A stretch of DNA of 64,000 nucleotides from Candidatus Latescibacterota bacterium (GCA_965226795.1 CBDDDZ010000005.1:800001-864000), one strand, 5' to 3'. Positions 39,314-50,436 are shown, counted from the stretch's first letter. Notes: a model not told the origin generated them from the letters alone. Translations and numbers: made by a program.

Positions 39314-39364
39314 GCGGCTGGAAAGGGCCGCATCGCGTGGTTGCGGTAAAGTGCGGGGGCTGAC

Positions 39365-40096
39365 GTGGCACCGAAAGAAACCGAAAAGATGTGGGCTGAA
39401 CTGGCGCCGTTCTACGACGTAATGTATCAGTGGAAGGACTATCGTGCCGAGGCGGAACGGATCCATAAATTGATTCAGGCGCATCGCATGTCGTCCGGAA
39501 ACACCCTTCTGGATGTCGCGTGCGGGACCGGGGGACACACCGAGTTTTTGCGAGAATACTTCGATGTAACCGGGATCGATCTGAATCGGGCGATGTTGAA
39601 GGTGGCTCGAAAGAAGATCCCCGGAGTCCCGTTACTTTGTCGGGATATGGCTTCTTTCGGCCTGAAGCGTCGGTTTGACGCGGTTGTCTGCCTGTTCAGT
39701 TCGATCGCCTACGTCAGGACCTACCGGAACCTGAAGCGGGCCATCGCTTGTTTTGGTAGACATTTGAAACCGGGTGGCATTCTGGTCATTGAGCCCTTTT
39801 TCAGGACAGAGACATTTCTTCCAGGAACGATCCAGGCAGGCACCCTTGAAGCCGAAGGCGTCAAGATCTCCAGGCACACCGTGAGCAGGCGTCGCGGAAA
39901 TCTGGCCGTTCTCGACTTCCATTTTCTTCTTTCAACCATGAAGGGCGTACAGTACTTTCGGGACACCCACGAATTGGCGCTCTTCGACCGGGAGCGATTC
40001 CTCGAAATTCTCTCGGACGCCGGACTTCGCACGTGGTATTACGAGGACGGATTGATGCGAGAACGAGGACTCTACGTGTCGTTGAAAGCGCTTTGA
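39365..40096 (+). CDS. Class I SAM-dependent methyltransferase
   Basis: LLDVACGTG, FDAVVCLFSSIAY, HLKPGG. Confidence 0.88.
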   Translation: MAPKETEKMWAELAPFYDVMYQWKDYRAEAERIHKLIQAHRMSSGNTLLDVACGTGGHTEFLREYFDVTGIDLNRAMLKVARKKIPGVPLLCRDMASFGLKRRFDAVVCLFSSIAYVRTYRNLKRAIACFGRHLKPGGILVIEPFFRTETFLPGTIQAGTLEAEGVKISRHTVSRRRGNLAVLDFHFLLSTMKGVQYFRDTHELALFDRERFLEILSDAGLRTWYYEDGLMRERGLYVSLKAL

Positions 40097-40465
40097 ACCA
40101 CCGGCTCTGGCGTCGGCCGACCCGGATCGCCTATGAATGTCGTTTGATACGTCCACTTTAAGACCCCATGTTAGTACGCAAAACGCCGGTCGGATGGCTT
40201 CGAACCTGAGGTCAACGCCTATGAGGCACGATCGGTCAGGTCTGACGATGCACCGTCCGGCCGGATGCACACCCCGCCCCGGATGCGGCCATGCCGTCCG
40301 CGTTCGCACCACACCGTTTGCTCCTTTCACATGACGCGCCCTTACCGTATTTTCTATCAAATTCCCATCCGTAAAGACAACAAAACGCTTCAGAGCGCCT
40401 CGTAATCGGAGAATCGCCGGGGCGAGGCCGCCGGCCCCCTGACGCGAAGCCGGGAGTGAAATCTT

Positions 40466-41830
40466 ATGGAATCGCGTAGAGACAATGGCAATGGCAGGAC
40501 CGAGCGCAACCCTCAGGTTTTGGGCAAGAATTTCATGTTTCCGCCCCACGTGATCGACGATATCCATATCAAGGCGAATCTGGGTCGGTATCGCATGCGC
40601 GGGATGGCGCTCTTCAAGCAGATTCCATCATGGGACGACCTCACGTTTCTGCCGGGCACGCTCACCCGGTTCGTGATCGAGGGATACCGTGAAAAATGCG
40701 AAACCAGGACGGTGCTGGGGCCTATGGCCAGGCGGCCGCTGGTACTGGATATTCCCGTCTACATTACGGGGATGAGCTTCGGCGCGTTGTCCTACGAGGC
40801 GAAGGTGGCGCTGGCGAGAGGGGCCACGATGGCGGGCACGGCGACCTGTTCCGGAGAAGGCGGAATGCTGCCCGACGAGCGCCGGTATTCGGAGAAGTGG
40901 CTGTACCAGTGCATTCAGTCCCGATACGGGTTCAATCCACACCATATGCGTCTTGCCGACGGCGTGGAGTTTTTTATCGGGCAGGGATGCAAGGTGGGGC
41001 TTGGCGGCCACCTGATGGGCCAGAAGGTGACCGACCAGGTGGCCGAGATGCGTTCGTTGCCGGCGGGGATCGATCAGCGTTCTCCCGCAAGGCACCCGGA
41101 CTGGCTGGGCCCCGATGATCTGGCTTTAAAGATTGAGGAGATCCGTGAGGCGACCAACTGGCAGATTCCCATTCAGTTGAAACTTGGCGCTGCGCGGGTG
41201 TACGACGACGTGCGGATGGCGGCAAAGACGGGGCCCGACAGTATATATATGGACGGGATGGAGGGGTCGACGGGAGCGGGGCCCCATCTGGCCACCGAGG
41301 AGACGGGCGTACCGGGCATCGCGGCCATCAGGCAGGCCAGAAAGGCACTGGACGACGTGGGTAAGACCGGGAAGATTACGCTCGTCTATGCCGGCGGGAT
41401 TCGCAACGGAGCCGACGTGGCCAAGGCGCTGGCGCTCGGAGCCGACGCGGTGGCGATCGGTACGGCGGCGATGGTGGCGCTGAATTGCAACAAGGACATC
41501 CCCGAAGCGGATTACGAAGGCACGGTTGGCGTACCGGCGGGATACTGCTATCACTGCCATACCGGACTGTGTCCCGTGGGCGTAGCCACCCAGGATCCGG
41601 TGCTGCGCAGCCGCCTGGACCCGGACGACGCGGCCGAACGGGTTTATAACTTCCTGCATACCCTGGCCATCGAATGCCAGATGTTCGCCAGGGCTTGCGG
41701 CAAGACCAATGTACATTCCCTGGAGCCGGAGGATCTTGCCGCGCTCACAATGGAGGCCTCCGCTATGGCGGAGGTGCCGTTGGCAGGCACCCGATATACG
41801 GTCGGGCATCCCGAGATGAACAGGTATTGA
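40466..41830 (+). CDS. mgsC: FMN-binding glutamate synthase family, N-methylglutamate synthase subunit C (GlxD)-like
   Basis: EGYREKCET, MSFGALS, GLGGHLMGQKV, DQRSPARHPDWLGPDDL, CYHCHTGLCPVGVATQDP; sits in a gmaS/tdm cluster. Confidence 0.78.
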   Translation: MESRRDNGNGRTERNPQVLGKNFMFPPHVIDDIHIKANLGRYRMRGMALFKQIPSWDDLTFLPGTLTRFVIEGYREKCETRTVLGPMARRPLVLDIPVYITGMSFGALSYEAKVALARGATMAGTATCSGEGGMLPDERRYSEKWLYQCIQSRYGFNPHHMRLADGVEFFIGQGCKVGLGGHLMGQKVTDQVAEMRSLPAGIDQRSPARHPDWLGPDDLALKIEEIREATNWQIPIQLKLGAARVYDDVRMAAKTGPDSIYMDGMEGSTGAGPHLATEETGVPGIAAIRQARKALDDVGKTGKITLVYAGGIRNGADVAKALALGADAVAIGTAAMVALNCNKDIPEADYEGTVGVPAGYCYHCHTGLCPVGVATQDPVLRSRLDPDDAAERVYNFLHTLAIECQMFARACGKTNVHSLEPEDLAALTMEASAMAEVPLAGTRYTVGHPEMNRY

Positions 41831-41926
41831 GTTCCGGAAAGGACCGCACGGGGATCTTCAGCACCGGTACAGGCCGCCCGCCAATCGGGTGGTTTCAGTG
41901 GTGGAATCCGCACACAGGAGAATCCG

Positions 41927-42343
41927 ATGGACGTAGCCAAAGACGTGAACTATTATCTGAAGTCCACGGGTCTGGACTCGGACCGAGAGAAAGAAATCGG
42001 ACAGCACATCGGATATCGGTACGATGTAAACCTACCGCCGGACTATGAGCTCCTGACCCCGTTTTTGAAGCGATACATCGAGTTGATGGGGTGGCGTGAC
42101 CTGAACTGGCTGGAAGATGTGCATATGGGATACGAAGACGGAAAGCCCGCGGTATTCGACCGGAATATCAATGGCTGGGTGCTGGTTCCGGAAGAAATGG
42201 CATTGCCCGACAACCAGCAGGAGCGTGACATGATTGCGCGGGAACTGCTCGTCAAGTTTCAAATGTCCGAGAAGCATCCGATTGTGGAACTCAGAGATGC
42301 ATACGGAATAACGCTTGAATGCGATGCCGCGTCCTCCGGGTAG
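41927..42343 (+). CDS. Hypothetical protein in methylated-amine cluster
   Basis: AGGAG RBS, protein-like composition (GYRYDVNL, LNWLEDVHMGYE); function unrecognised. Confidence 0.75.
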   Translation: MDVAKDVNYYLKSTGLDSDREKEIGQHIGYRYDVNLPPDYELLTPFLKRYIELMGWRDLNWLEDVHMGYEDGKPAVFDRNINGWVLVPEEMALPDNQQERDMIARELLVKFQMSEKHPIVELRDAYGITLECDAASSG

Positions 42344-42554
42344 CCAGTACAAACAGTCTACAGCGGTGCGCCCGGCGGCTGTACGGCAGCGCTTCTGCGA
42401 AGGACCGACCGGGGTGCAGTGCGGCGATGTACTGTCGGCGGAAATCGTTGTGACTCCTTGAAAATACGTGTCTTATGTCATTCTCAGACGGCGTGCTTCT
42501 CCCAGGGCGCGTTCGACTCTGATTGCCGGCATCAGCTAAAACCGGGGAGGCATT

Positions 42555-43949
42555 ATGAGCAAGACAAAGATGTGGGGCCCGGAGGCGTTCTGGGGAATGG
42601 ACTACGACTGGGACCCCCAATGGGTACTGACATCTGAGCAGGAGGCACTCCAGGAAAAACTGATCGAACTTTGCCGGACAACGCTGCGGGATAACGCGGT
42701 AGAGAGTGATCGCAACCTTGTGTTTCCGCGGGAAAACCTCGAGGCGCTGGCTTCGCTGGGCCTGCTCGGATTGAACGTACCACGGGAGTGGGGAGGGTTG
42801 GAAGAAAACCATACGTGTACGGCGATGGTGGTGGAGACGCTTGCGCGTTACGGGTGCGCCAGTACGGCGATGTGTTATACCATGCACATCGGCGCCGTGG
42901 CCGCGGCCATGTTCCGGGCGCACGACAACCCGACCCTTCAGGATCTCATGAAACGCCTCGACGAAGACGTGCTGGTAGGCACGTTATCCTATTCGGACCC
43001 GGAGACGGGTTCTCATTTCTGGTATCCGATATCTTCCGGGGCCGAGCGGGTGGCGGACGGCTGGAAGGTACGAAAGAAGGCGTCGTGGACGACGTCCGCG
43101 GGTTTTGCCGACTGGTACATCGTGCAGACGACGAGTCCCGATTTCGCGGGGGATTATTCGAATCTGTCCTGTTTTCTCGTGATGGCCGACGAGGTGAAAG
43201 CCGAGCCGTCCCTGTGGGATGGCCTGGGTCTGCGCGGGAACCAGTCCGGCACGCTTGAGGTTGACAACGTGACGATGCCGGAGGACAGGCTGGTCGGGCC
43301 CGTGGGAGACGGGGCGAATTCGAACGACGAAACGGTGGATCCGTTTTTCCTGTTGTGCTCATCGGCTTGCTGGAACGGCATTTCTTTGGGGATGATCGAT
43401 ATCGCCACGCGACACACGACCGCCAGGCGGCATGCGGACGTGGGTATGCGGGTGGCGGACTATCCGACGATCCAGGATTACGTGGGTGAGGCCGTGATCG
43501 ATACCAATACTTCCCGGTCCTTTGTCTACCTGATGGCCAGGGCGATGGACGATGTGACGAACCAGTGCGACTGGTCGATCCACGAGGACCTTTCCTGCAT
43601 GCCCCGGGCACAGGTGCTGCACTGGATGTGGCAGGTGAAGTTCACGGCGGCAAAGAACGTGACAAACGTCTCCGACAAGATGCTTCATGCCTGTGGCGGC
43701 ACTGGGTACAAACCCGATCTGGGGATCGAACGTTACCTGCGTGACGGTAAGGCCGGTTGGGTGATGGGCCCAACCAACGAGGTCCTCCGCCAGTTTGTGG
43801 GCAAGAGCGTGCTGTTGGGTTTTGACTCCCTGGATTATTGGAACCAGTCCGTGAACGAACGGTTATTGAGGAACGAACTCAGGAAGATGGACGGTAAGGA
43901 AAAGGAGGAACTCGCGCGGCAGCTTCTGGCCGAAGCCGATGAGGGGTGA
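42555..43949 (+). CDS. Acyl-CoA dehydrogenase-fold flavoprotein (possible monooxygenase)
   Basis: LGLLGLNVPREWGG, STAMCYTMH, SDPETGSHF, WDGLGLRGNQS, IERYLRDG; stop overlaps the tdm start (GTGA). Confidence 0.82.
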   Translation: MSKTKMWGPEAFWGMDYDWDPQWVLTSEQEALQEKLIELCRTTLRDNAVESDRNLVFPRENLEALASLGLLGLNVPREWGGLEENHTCTAMVVETLARYGCASTAMCYTMHIGAVAAAMFRAHDNPTLQDLMKRLDEDVLVGTLSYSDPETGSHFWYPISSGAERVADGWKVRKKASWTTSAGFADWYIVQTTSPDFAGDYSNLSCFLVMADEVKAEPSLWDGLGLRGNQSGTLEVDNVTMPEDRLVGPVGDGANSNDETVDPFFLLCSSACWNGISLGMIDIATRHTTARRHADVGMRVADYPTIQDYVGEAVIDTNTSRSFVYLMARAMDDVTNQCDWSIHEDLSCMPRAQVLHWMWQVKFTAAKNVTNVSDKMLHACGGTGYKPDLGIERYLRDGKAGWVMGPTNEVLRQFVGKSVLLGFDSLDYWNQSVNERLLRNELRKMDGKEKEELARQLLAEADEG

Positions 43950-46282
43950 TGCCTGCAAACGTCCAAATGACGGGAACCGGATTGCCGAGATGGACACCGG
44001 GCAGGGAGCGCTACCGGGTGCCGGGCGGCGGGGCGATCGCCCTGGCGCTGTCGCAAGGCGATCAACTGGCGGTTGTGGACGTGGAAGGGCGCCAGCGTTG
44101 CGAACTGGGCGTATTCGGCCCGGACGGGGGTGACGATCCGTCGAGGCTGGGCCTCCGGGCGGATGGCGCAATGGAAGGATTCGCGGCGGCGCTCAGGCGC
44201 GGGGACGAAAGCGCGCAGGCGGCTGATGCTGCCCTGCGGCGGAGGGGCGTCGACCTGTCGGACGCGCGGGCGGTGCAGGTTTTCGGTGGAGAGACGAAAG
44301 CGGGCACCGAAGCGTGTTTCGCCGTCGAGAGGGACGCCGTTTGCGTGATTGCGGCGCCCGGCGGTCCGATGAGGGCCGATGCCCAGGATCCCCCCACGGA
44401 CCTGGAAGTCGTGGTCAGGCGTTCCCGTGTAGAAATGTCCGAACGCCCCCCGATGCCCGCGCCCCTGGGTGACATGCGCCTGGATCGGGAGGTAGAAAGG
44501 GCGTCGGCAATCGCCTACGAGGTCAAGGCGGGAGAGTTCATCCAGGTGATCGACGTCGCTGGTCGCCAGTGTTCCGATTTTCTGGCATTCGACGCCAGGC
44601 AATTGCAGCGGGGTGTCGAGCGGGGGCTGGATGCGACCACGACGAGGACGCTCATGGGCGCGGCCTATCCCGGTCCGGGCCTGTTTTCGAAATTTTACGA
44701 CCAGGATATGCATCCGCTGGTCGAAGTCGTTCGGGATACGGTAGGGCGGCACGATACGTTTGCGCTTGCGTGCACCGCGAAATATTACGAGGATATGGGT
44801 TATCCCGGTCACGTCAACTGTACGGACAACTTCAACGTGGCATTGGATCCGTATACGATTCAGCGCCGGCGCGGCTGGCCCGCGGTGAATTTTTTCTACA
44901 ATACGAGAATCGATCAGAATAACGTCCTTTTCATGGATGAGCCATGGTCTCGTCCGGGCGATTACGTGCTGTTGAAAGCCTTAACGGACCTTGTCTGCCT
45001 GTCGTCCGCGTGCCCGGACGATATCGATCCGGCCAATGGCTGGGAGCCAACGGAGATTCAGGTTCGCGTTTACCCTGAACGGTACCGGTTTTCCAGAGGG
45101 ATTGCTCACCGGATGACGGCAGACGCCGAGCCGAGGTTGACGAGGGAGACGGCCTTCCACCAACGCACCTCTGCCTTGACTCGCCATTTTGAGGAATATC
45201 GCGGTTTTTGGCTGCCCGCCTGCTATACCGGGAAGGGCGTCGTTGAGGAATATTACGCCTGCCGCGAGGCGGCGGTGGTGATGGATCTGTCCGCGCTTCG
45301 CAAGTTCGAGGTTCTCGGGCCGGACGCCGAGGCGCTGTTGCAGCACACGCTCACACGCGACGTTCGCAGGCTTTCGGCGGGGCAGGTGACTTATTCCGCC
45401 ATGTGTTACGAAACAGGCGGGATGCTGGACGACGGCACGCTGTTTCGGTTGGGGTCCGAGAATTTCCGCTGGATCTGCGGCGACGATTACGGGGGTACGT
45501 GGTTGCGCGAGCAGGCGGGTCGCCTGGGGATGCGTGTATGGGTCAGAAATTCGACCGACCAACTCCACAATCTTGCCGTTCAGGGCCCCAGGAGCCGGGA
45601 AATTCTGCGCGAAATCATCTGGACGCCTCCGTCCCGCCCGTCACTGGACGAATTGGGCTGGTTCCGATTTACGGTGGGTCGAATTGGCGATGGAAGCGGA
45701 GCGGCGATTGTCGTATCCCGGACGGGCTACACGGGCGAACTGGGTTATGAGGTATGGTGCCATCCCCACGATGCGCCTGCGGTCTGGGATGCCATTTGGG
45801 AGGCGGGACAGCCGTATGGCCTGACACCGCTGGGATTGGAAGCCCTGGACATGCTGCGGATTGAGTCTGGTCTGGTCTTCGCGGGCTGTGAGTTTGACGA
45901 TCAGACGGACCCGTTTGAGGCGGGTATAGGCTTCACCGTTCCGCTCAAGCGCAAGAAAGACGATTTTATAGGCAAGGAGGCGCTGATTCGAAGGCGGTCG
46001 CATCCGCAACGTGTGTTGGTGGGGCTGGAGGTATCCGGAAACGAGCCAGCCGCCACCGGCGACGGCGTCTACGATGGGCGCGGCCGCGTGGGCGTGATTA
46101 CCAGCGGCAGCCGTTCGCCCATTTTGCGCAGGAATATCGCGCTATGCCGCATGGCGTTCGGGTACGCCGCGATCGGCGTGGAAGTGGAGGTGGGAAGGCT
46201 GGACGGTCATCAGAAGCGCATCCCCGCCCGGGTGGTGCGGTTTCCGTTTTACGATCCCGGGAAAACCCGGCCGCGTTCCTGA
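43946..46282 (+). CDS. tdm: Trimethylamine N-oxide demethylase (DUF1989 + GcvT domains)
   Basis: Tandem DUF1989-type region (GRQCSDF, HDTFALAC, GHVNC, SACPDDIDPANGW), then GcvT region (DLSALRKF, SRTGYTGELGYE, LRIESG). Confidence 0.85.
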   Translation: MMPANVQMTGTGLPRWTPGRERYRVPGGGAIALALSQGDQLAVVDVEGRQRCELGVFGPDGGDDPSRLGLRADGAMEGFAAALRRGDESAQAADAALRRRGVDLSDARAVQVFGGETKAGTEACFAVERDAVCVIAAPGGPMRADAQDPPTDLEVVVRRSRVEMSERPPMPAPLGDMRLDREVERASAIAYEVKAGEFIQVIDVAGRQCSDFLAFDARQLQRGVERGLDATTTRTLMGAAYPGPGLFSKFYDQDMHPLVEVVRDTVGRHDTFALACTAKYYEDMGYPGHVNCTDNFNVALDPYTIQRRRGWPAVNFFYNTRIDQNNVLFMDEPWSRPGDYVLLKALTDLVCLSSACPDDIDPANGWEPTEIQVRVYPERYRFSRGIAHRMTADAEPRLTRETAFHQRTSALTRHFEEYRGFWLPACYTGKGVVEEYYACREAAVVMDLSALRKFEVLGPDAEALLQHTLTRDVRRLSAGQVTYSAMCYETGGMLDDGTLFRLGSENFRWICGDDYGGTWLREQAGRLGMRVWVRNSTDQLHNLAVQGPRSREILREIIWTPPSRPSLDELGWFRFTVGRIGDGSGAAIVVSRTGYTGELGYEVWCHPHDAPAVWDAIWEAGQPYGLTPLGLEALDMLRIESGLVFAGCEFDDQTDPFEAGIGFTVPLKRKKDDFIGKEALIRRRSHPQRVLVGLEVSGNEPAATGDGVYDGRGRVGVITSGSRSPILRRNIALCRMAFGYAAIGVEVEVGRLDGHQKRIPARVVRFPFYDPGKTRPRS

Positions 46283-46401
46283 TCACAAAGCAAAATCTGC
46301 TTCTCTTCACCGGTCATCACGGCGGCCTCGTTCAAGGAGCCCGGATGTCCGGCGGCGGACGGCGCCGTATGCGACACCGCTTTCGTTGAAAGGGTATTGG
46401 A

Positions 46402-46890
46402 ATGGCGTTCGACCCGATGGAGCAACGCCGCATTATGGGTTGTTTTGCAACGGGCGTAACCGTTTTGACGACGGTTGCAGGCGGCGAGTCGCGGGGGATG
46501 ACGGCCAATGCGGTGACCTCGCTGTCGCTGGATCCGCCGCTGGTCATGGTGGCGGTGGACAAGGACGCGCAGATGCACGGGTACTTGAGCGGAAGCCGGT
46601 ATTTTGCATTGAATATTTTAAGTGAGGACCAGGAAGCGCTCTCCACGCAATTTGCGCGCCCCGGCCCCAAAGATTTTTCGAACGTGCCGACAACGACGGT
46701 TCGTACCGGGATGCCGGTGTTCGTGGAGGCCCTCGGTTACGTGGAGTGTCGGCTCGTGGAGGTGTTGCGGGCTGGCGATCACGATATTTTCGTTGGAGAG
46801 ATTGTGGCGGGTGATGCGGTAGACGGTCGTCCACTGTTGTTTTACCGGGGAAAGTATCGGCGGATGATGGAAGAGCCGCCGCACCTCTGA
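46402..46890 (+). CDS. Flavin reductase (HpaC/RutF-like)
   Basis: FATGVTV, GMTANAVTSLSLDPP, GDHDIFVGE, PLLFYRG. Confidence 0.92.
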   Translation: MAFDPMEQRRIMGCFATGVTVLTTVAGGESRGMTANAVTSLSLDPPLVMVAVDKDAQMHGYLSGSRYFALNILSEDQEALSTQFARPGPKDFSNVPTTTVRTGMPVFVEALGYVECRLVEVLRAGDHDIFVGEIVAGDAVDGRPLLFYRGKYRRMMEEPPHL

Positions 46891-46944
46891 TGCATTACCA
46901 TCGCATATGCATTTGCTTTCTTCAAGCTCAAACGGGGGGTAGGT

Positions 46945-48339
46945 ATGGATAACGAGCTCAGTGCGTTGACCGTCATTTTTACCGAGTTCTATTACTGGGT
47001 ATGTATTGTACTCATGTTTCTGATCCACGTCGGCTTCTGTCTATACGAAGTGGGTGTGTCCAGACGGAAAAACATGATGCACACCCTGATGAAGAACGCG
47101 ATGCTGATTCCTCTGGTGACCGTCACGTTCTATTTTTTCGGGTGGTGGATCTATTTCGCGGTTCAAAACGGGCCCGGGATCACGGGTGGGCTTATCGAAG
47201 CCGCATGGGCTGCGCCCTGGAATGAGCTTATGGGATCACATATGGGAGGAAAGCCGCACGGAGGGGGGTTGACAGGGGCCGATACGGCGCTCTGGGCGCG
47301 GTTGAACGGCGTGTTCTGGGCGGCGTTTCTGTTGTTTGCATGGACGGCGGGATCGATTCTTTCGGGCGCGGTGATTGAACGCATCCGATCCAGCGCATTC
47401 TGGATTTTTGCGGTCTTGGTGGGATCGGTCACGTGGGTAGTCGACGCGGCGTGGGGATGGTCCGCAGACGGTTGGATGGTGCAGGTACTGGGGTATCACG
47501 ATGCGTATGCCTCCGGCGTGATCCACGCGATCTGCGGCGGGTCCGCGCTGGCGATTCTCTATCACCTTGGGCCGCGCATCGGCAGGTTCAAGCCGGACGG
47601 GGCACCTAGAAATTTCCCGCCGCACAACACCTGGCTGGTGATCATCGGACTGTTTCTGATTTATACGGGATTCTGGGGCTTCTACGCGGCTTGCAACGTG
47701 CCCATTATGGACATCGATCCCGCCGACGGCCGGTCGTTCTTTTCGGCCACAACGATTTACCTTACGCCGACGACGCTTAGCGCCATCACCTTTAACTTTT
47801 TGATGTCGCTCGCCGGTGGATTGATGATGGGGTATTTCGTGTCAAAAGGCGATCCTTACTGGACCTTCTCCGGCGGGTTGGCGGGTATCATCACGGCATC
47901 GGCCGGAAACGATCTGTACCATCCGATGCAGGCGCTTCTCATCGGAGCATTCGGCACGTTCTGCATCTACAAGTTGCACAACTGGGTCGAGCGCCGTTTC
48001 AGAATTGACGATGCCGTGGGCGCCGTGGCGGTACATGGATATGCCGGGGTAATCGGGGTGATTGTCGCAGGATTCGTACTTTGGGGGTATCCGGGTGCGA
48101 ATCCCGCTTACGCCCCGATTACGCCCTGGGGACAGACGCTTGGGGCCGTCATTATGTTTTTCGTGCTGGGTTTTCTGCCCTGTTACGTCGTGGGGGCAAT
48201 CCTCAAGAAGCTGGGCGTTCTCCGCATTCCAAAGCGAATTGAACTGGCGGGTATGGATCACCGGACGATCGAGAACGAAACAGCGGACGCAATCGAACTC
48301 GTTCAGGTGGAAATTGATGAAGCTCAAGGGGGAAACTAG
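46945..48339 (+). CDS. Ammonium transporter family (putative methylamine-type Amt)
   Basis: SGAVIERI, YHDAYASGVIH, LGPRIGRF, IDDAVGAVAVHG; many TM helices. Confidence 0.88.
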   Translation: MDNELSALTVIFTEFYYWVCIVLMFLIHVGFCLYEVGVSRRKNMMHTLMKNAMLIPLVTVTFYFFGWWIYFAVQNGPGITGGLIEAAWAAPWNELMGSHMGGKPHGGGLTGADTALWARLNGVFWAAFLLFAWTAGSILSGAVIERIRSSAFWIFAVLVGSVTWVVDAAWGWSADGWMVQVLGYHDAYASGVIHAICGGSALAILYHLGPRIGRFKPDGAPRNFPPHNTWLVIIGLFLIYTGFWGFYAACNVPIMDIDPADGRSFFSATTIYLTPTTLSAITFNFLMSLAGGLMMGYFVSKGDPYWTFSGGLAGIITASAGNDLYHPMQALLIGAFGTFCIYKLHNWVERRFRIDDAVGAVAVHGYAGVIGVIVAGFVLWGYPGANPAYAPITPWGQTLGAVIMFFVLGFLPCYVVGAILKKLGVLRIPKRIELAGMDHRTIENETADAIELVQVEIDEAQGGN

Positions 48340-48348
48340 AGAGGACCT

Positions 48349-50034
48349 ATGCGCGAACATGGCATATTGCCGGACATCGAAATCGCGAGACAAGCAAATT
48401 TGCTTCACGTTGGCGAGGTTGCGCAGATATTGGGCGTGCCCGAAGATCAACTGGAGGTCTACGGCAGGTACAAGGCCAAGGTTTCGATGGACTTCTACGA
48501 CAGCCTGGCCGGAAATCCCACCGGCAAGCTGGTGCTGGTCTCGGCAATCAATCCGACGCCTTCCGGTGAGGGCAAGACAACCACAACCGTGGGTCTGGGC
48601 GATGCGCTGAATCGGCTGGGAAAGCCAACGACCATCTGTCTCCGTGAGCCTTCTCTGGGCCCCTGTTTCGGCATGAAGGGAGGCGCTGCCGGCGGCGGGG
48701 CGTCTCAGGTTGCGCCGATGGAGGACATCAACCTGCACTTTACGGGCGATATCCATGCAATCGGTGTCGCCCACAATCTGCTGGCCGCTGCGATTGACAA
48801 TCACATTCATCACCGAAACAGGCTGGACATCGATCCCCGGCGCATCCTGTGGAAGCGTGTGATGGACATGAACGACCGGGCGCTGCGGGAAACCGTCATC
48901 GGTCTGGGTGGTACGGGGAATTCCTATCCCCGTGAATCGGGGTTTGAAATTACGGTCGCTTCCGAGGTAATGGCGATCCTTTGCCTGTCCGAATCGCTTG
49001 GGGAGCTGCGGGAGCGACTGGGTAAGATCATCGTGGCGTATACACGGGCAAACGAACCGCTCACGGCAGCCGATCTCAACGTGCGCGGGGCGATGGCCGT
49101 GCTGTTGAGAGACGCATTAAAGCCGAATCTGGTCCAGACACTCGAGAACAACCCGGCCATTGTTCACGGGGGCCCGTTCGCCAATATCGCGCACGGCTGC
49201 AATTCGATAATCGCGACCAAGCTGGCGATGCGCCTTTCCGAGTATACGGTGACTGAGGCCGGCTTCGGCGCGGATCTTGGCGCGGAGAAATTCCTGAATA
49301 TCAAGTGCCGTCAGGCCGGCATCCGGCCCGACGCGGTTGTGCTGGTGGCCACCGTCCGTGGGTTGAAATACCACGGCGGAATTCCGGTCAGGCAGCTCGA
49401 ACTGCCCAACATGCCTGCGATTGAAAAAGGGTTGGAGAATCTGAAGAAGCATATCGAGAATATCCGGCTTTTCGCCCTGCCCGTCGTCGTGGCCGTAAAC
49501 GTTTTCCTGTCTGACACGTCCGAAGAAGTAAGGTTAATACAGGAAAAATCCGCCTGCCTGGGAGTCCCGATTGTGCCATCGGAACACTGGGCGCAAGGGG
49601 GGGCCGGGGCCGAAGCGCTTGCCTGCGCGGTTGTTGAAGCAGCAGAGACGGCGACCTCCGATTTCACCCTTCTCTATCCTGATAATCGGCGGTTGTGGGA
49701 CAAAGCACGAATTGTAGCCCGGAAAATTTACGGTGCCAACGATCTTATAGGAGACAAGCGCCTGAGAGCCCGTTTCAAGAGGCTCGATGAACAGGGTTAC
49801 GGGCGCCTGCCGGTATGCATGGCCAAGACACAGTATTCGCTTTCGACCGACCCGAAACTGACGGGCAGACCCACGGGTTTCGACGTGCCCATCCGCGACG
49901 TGCGGGTGTCTGCAGGGGCCGGTTTCGTGGTGGTATTCACGGGTGACGTCATGACGATGCCGGGGCTTCCCCGAAAGCCTTCGGCCGAAGCGATTGATTT
50001 TGATGAAGCCGGACAGACCGTCGGTCTGTTCTGA
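48349..50034 (+). CDS. fhs: Formate-tetrahydrofolate ligase
   Basis: [54 protein letters not shown]. Confidence 0.96.
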   Translation: MREHGILPDIEIARQANLLHVGEVAQILGVPEDQLEVYGRYKAKVSMDFYDSLAGNPTGKLVLVSAINPTPSGEGKTTTTVGLGDALNRLGKPTTICLREPSLGPCFGMKGGAAGGGASQVAPMEDINLHFTGDIHAIGVAHNLLAAAIDNHIHHRNRLDIDPRRILWKRVMDMNDRALRETVIGLGGTGNSYPRESGFEITVASEVMAILCLSESLGELRERLGKIIVAYTRANEPLTAADLNVRGAMAVLLRDALKPNLVQTLENNPAIVHGGPFANIAHGCNSIIATKLAMRLSEYTVTEAGFGADLGAEKFLNIKCRQAGIRPDAVVLVATVRGLKYHGGIPVRQLELPNMPAIEKGLENLKKHIENIRLFALPVVVAVNVFLSDTSEEVRLIQEKSACLGVPIVPSEHWAQGGAGAEALACAVVEAAETATSDFTLLYPDNRRLWDKARIVARKIYGANDLIGDKRLRARFKRLDEQGYGRLPVCMAKTQYSLSTDPKLTGRPTGFDVPIRDVRVSAGAGFVVVFTGDVMTMPGLPRKPSAEAIDFDEAGQTVGLF

Positions 50035-50179
50035 AGGCGGGGCCCATATGGATGGTGATCATCATATCCGGTGGGTAGGCAGATTGCAAATCTGGAATCT
50101 CGCGGTGTGAGACGCTTCGCTTGCGGTGCCGATTGAAACGACTCGTATTTGTACAAACACGAATGTAAGGAGGCGGCAG

Positions 50180-50410
50180 ATGAGAACGGGTCTGATAGAC
50201 ACGTGGGTGGGGAATCCGGCTGACGTGGGGCCGATGTATCCCTTTGTGGGGTACGAGGTTCCTTTCTTCGTGGTTTGTCTTGTCCTTTGGATAGCGTACA
50301 CGGTCTGGCAGATCAGGCACGAGAGAGCGAATTATCAGGACGAGCTGGATCAGTTGGCCGAGGCGAGTCCTCTCGTAACGGCAATAAGAGGTAAGGGCAG
50401 GAATTGCTAA
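50180..50410 (+). CDS. Small single-TM membrane protein
   Basis: AAGGAGG RBS; GPMYPFVG motif followed by one hydrophobic helix. Confidence 0.7.
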   Translation: MRTGLIDTWVGNPADVGPMYPFVGYEVPFFVVCLVLWIAYTVWQIRHERANYQDELDQLAEASPLVTAIRGKGRNC

Positions 50411-50436
50411 TCTTGATTCTGGAGGGAGATCTGACG

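Noticed and set aside
40097..40465. Riboswitch or small ORF upstream of mgsC; CGCCTATGA occurs twice
   Set aside because: No recognisable aptamer consensus; the short repeat could be chance. Needs an Rfam scan.
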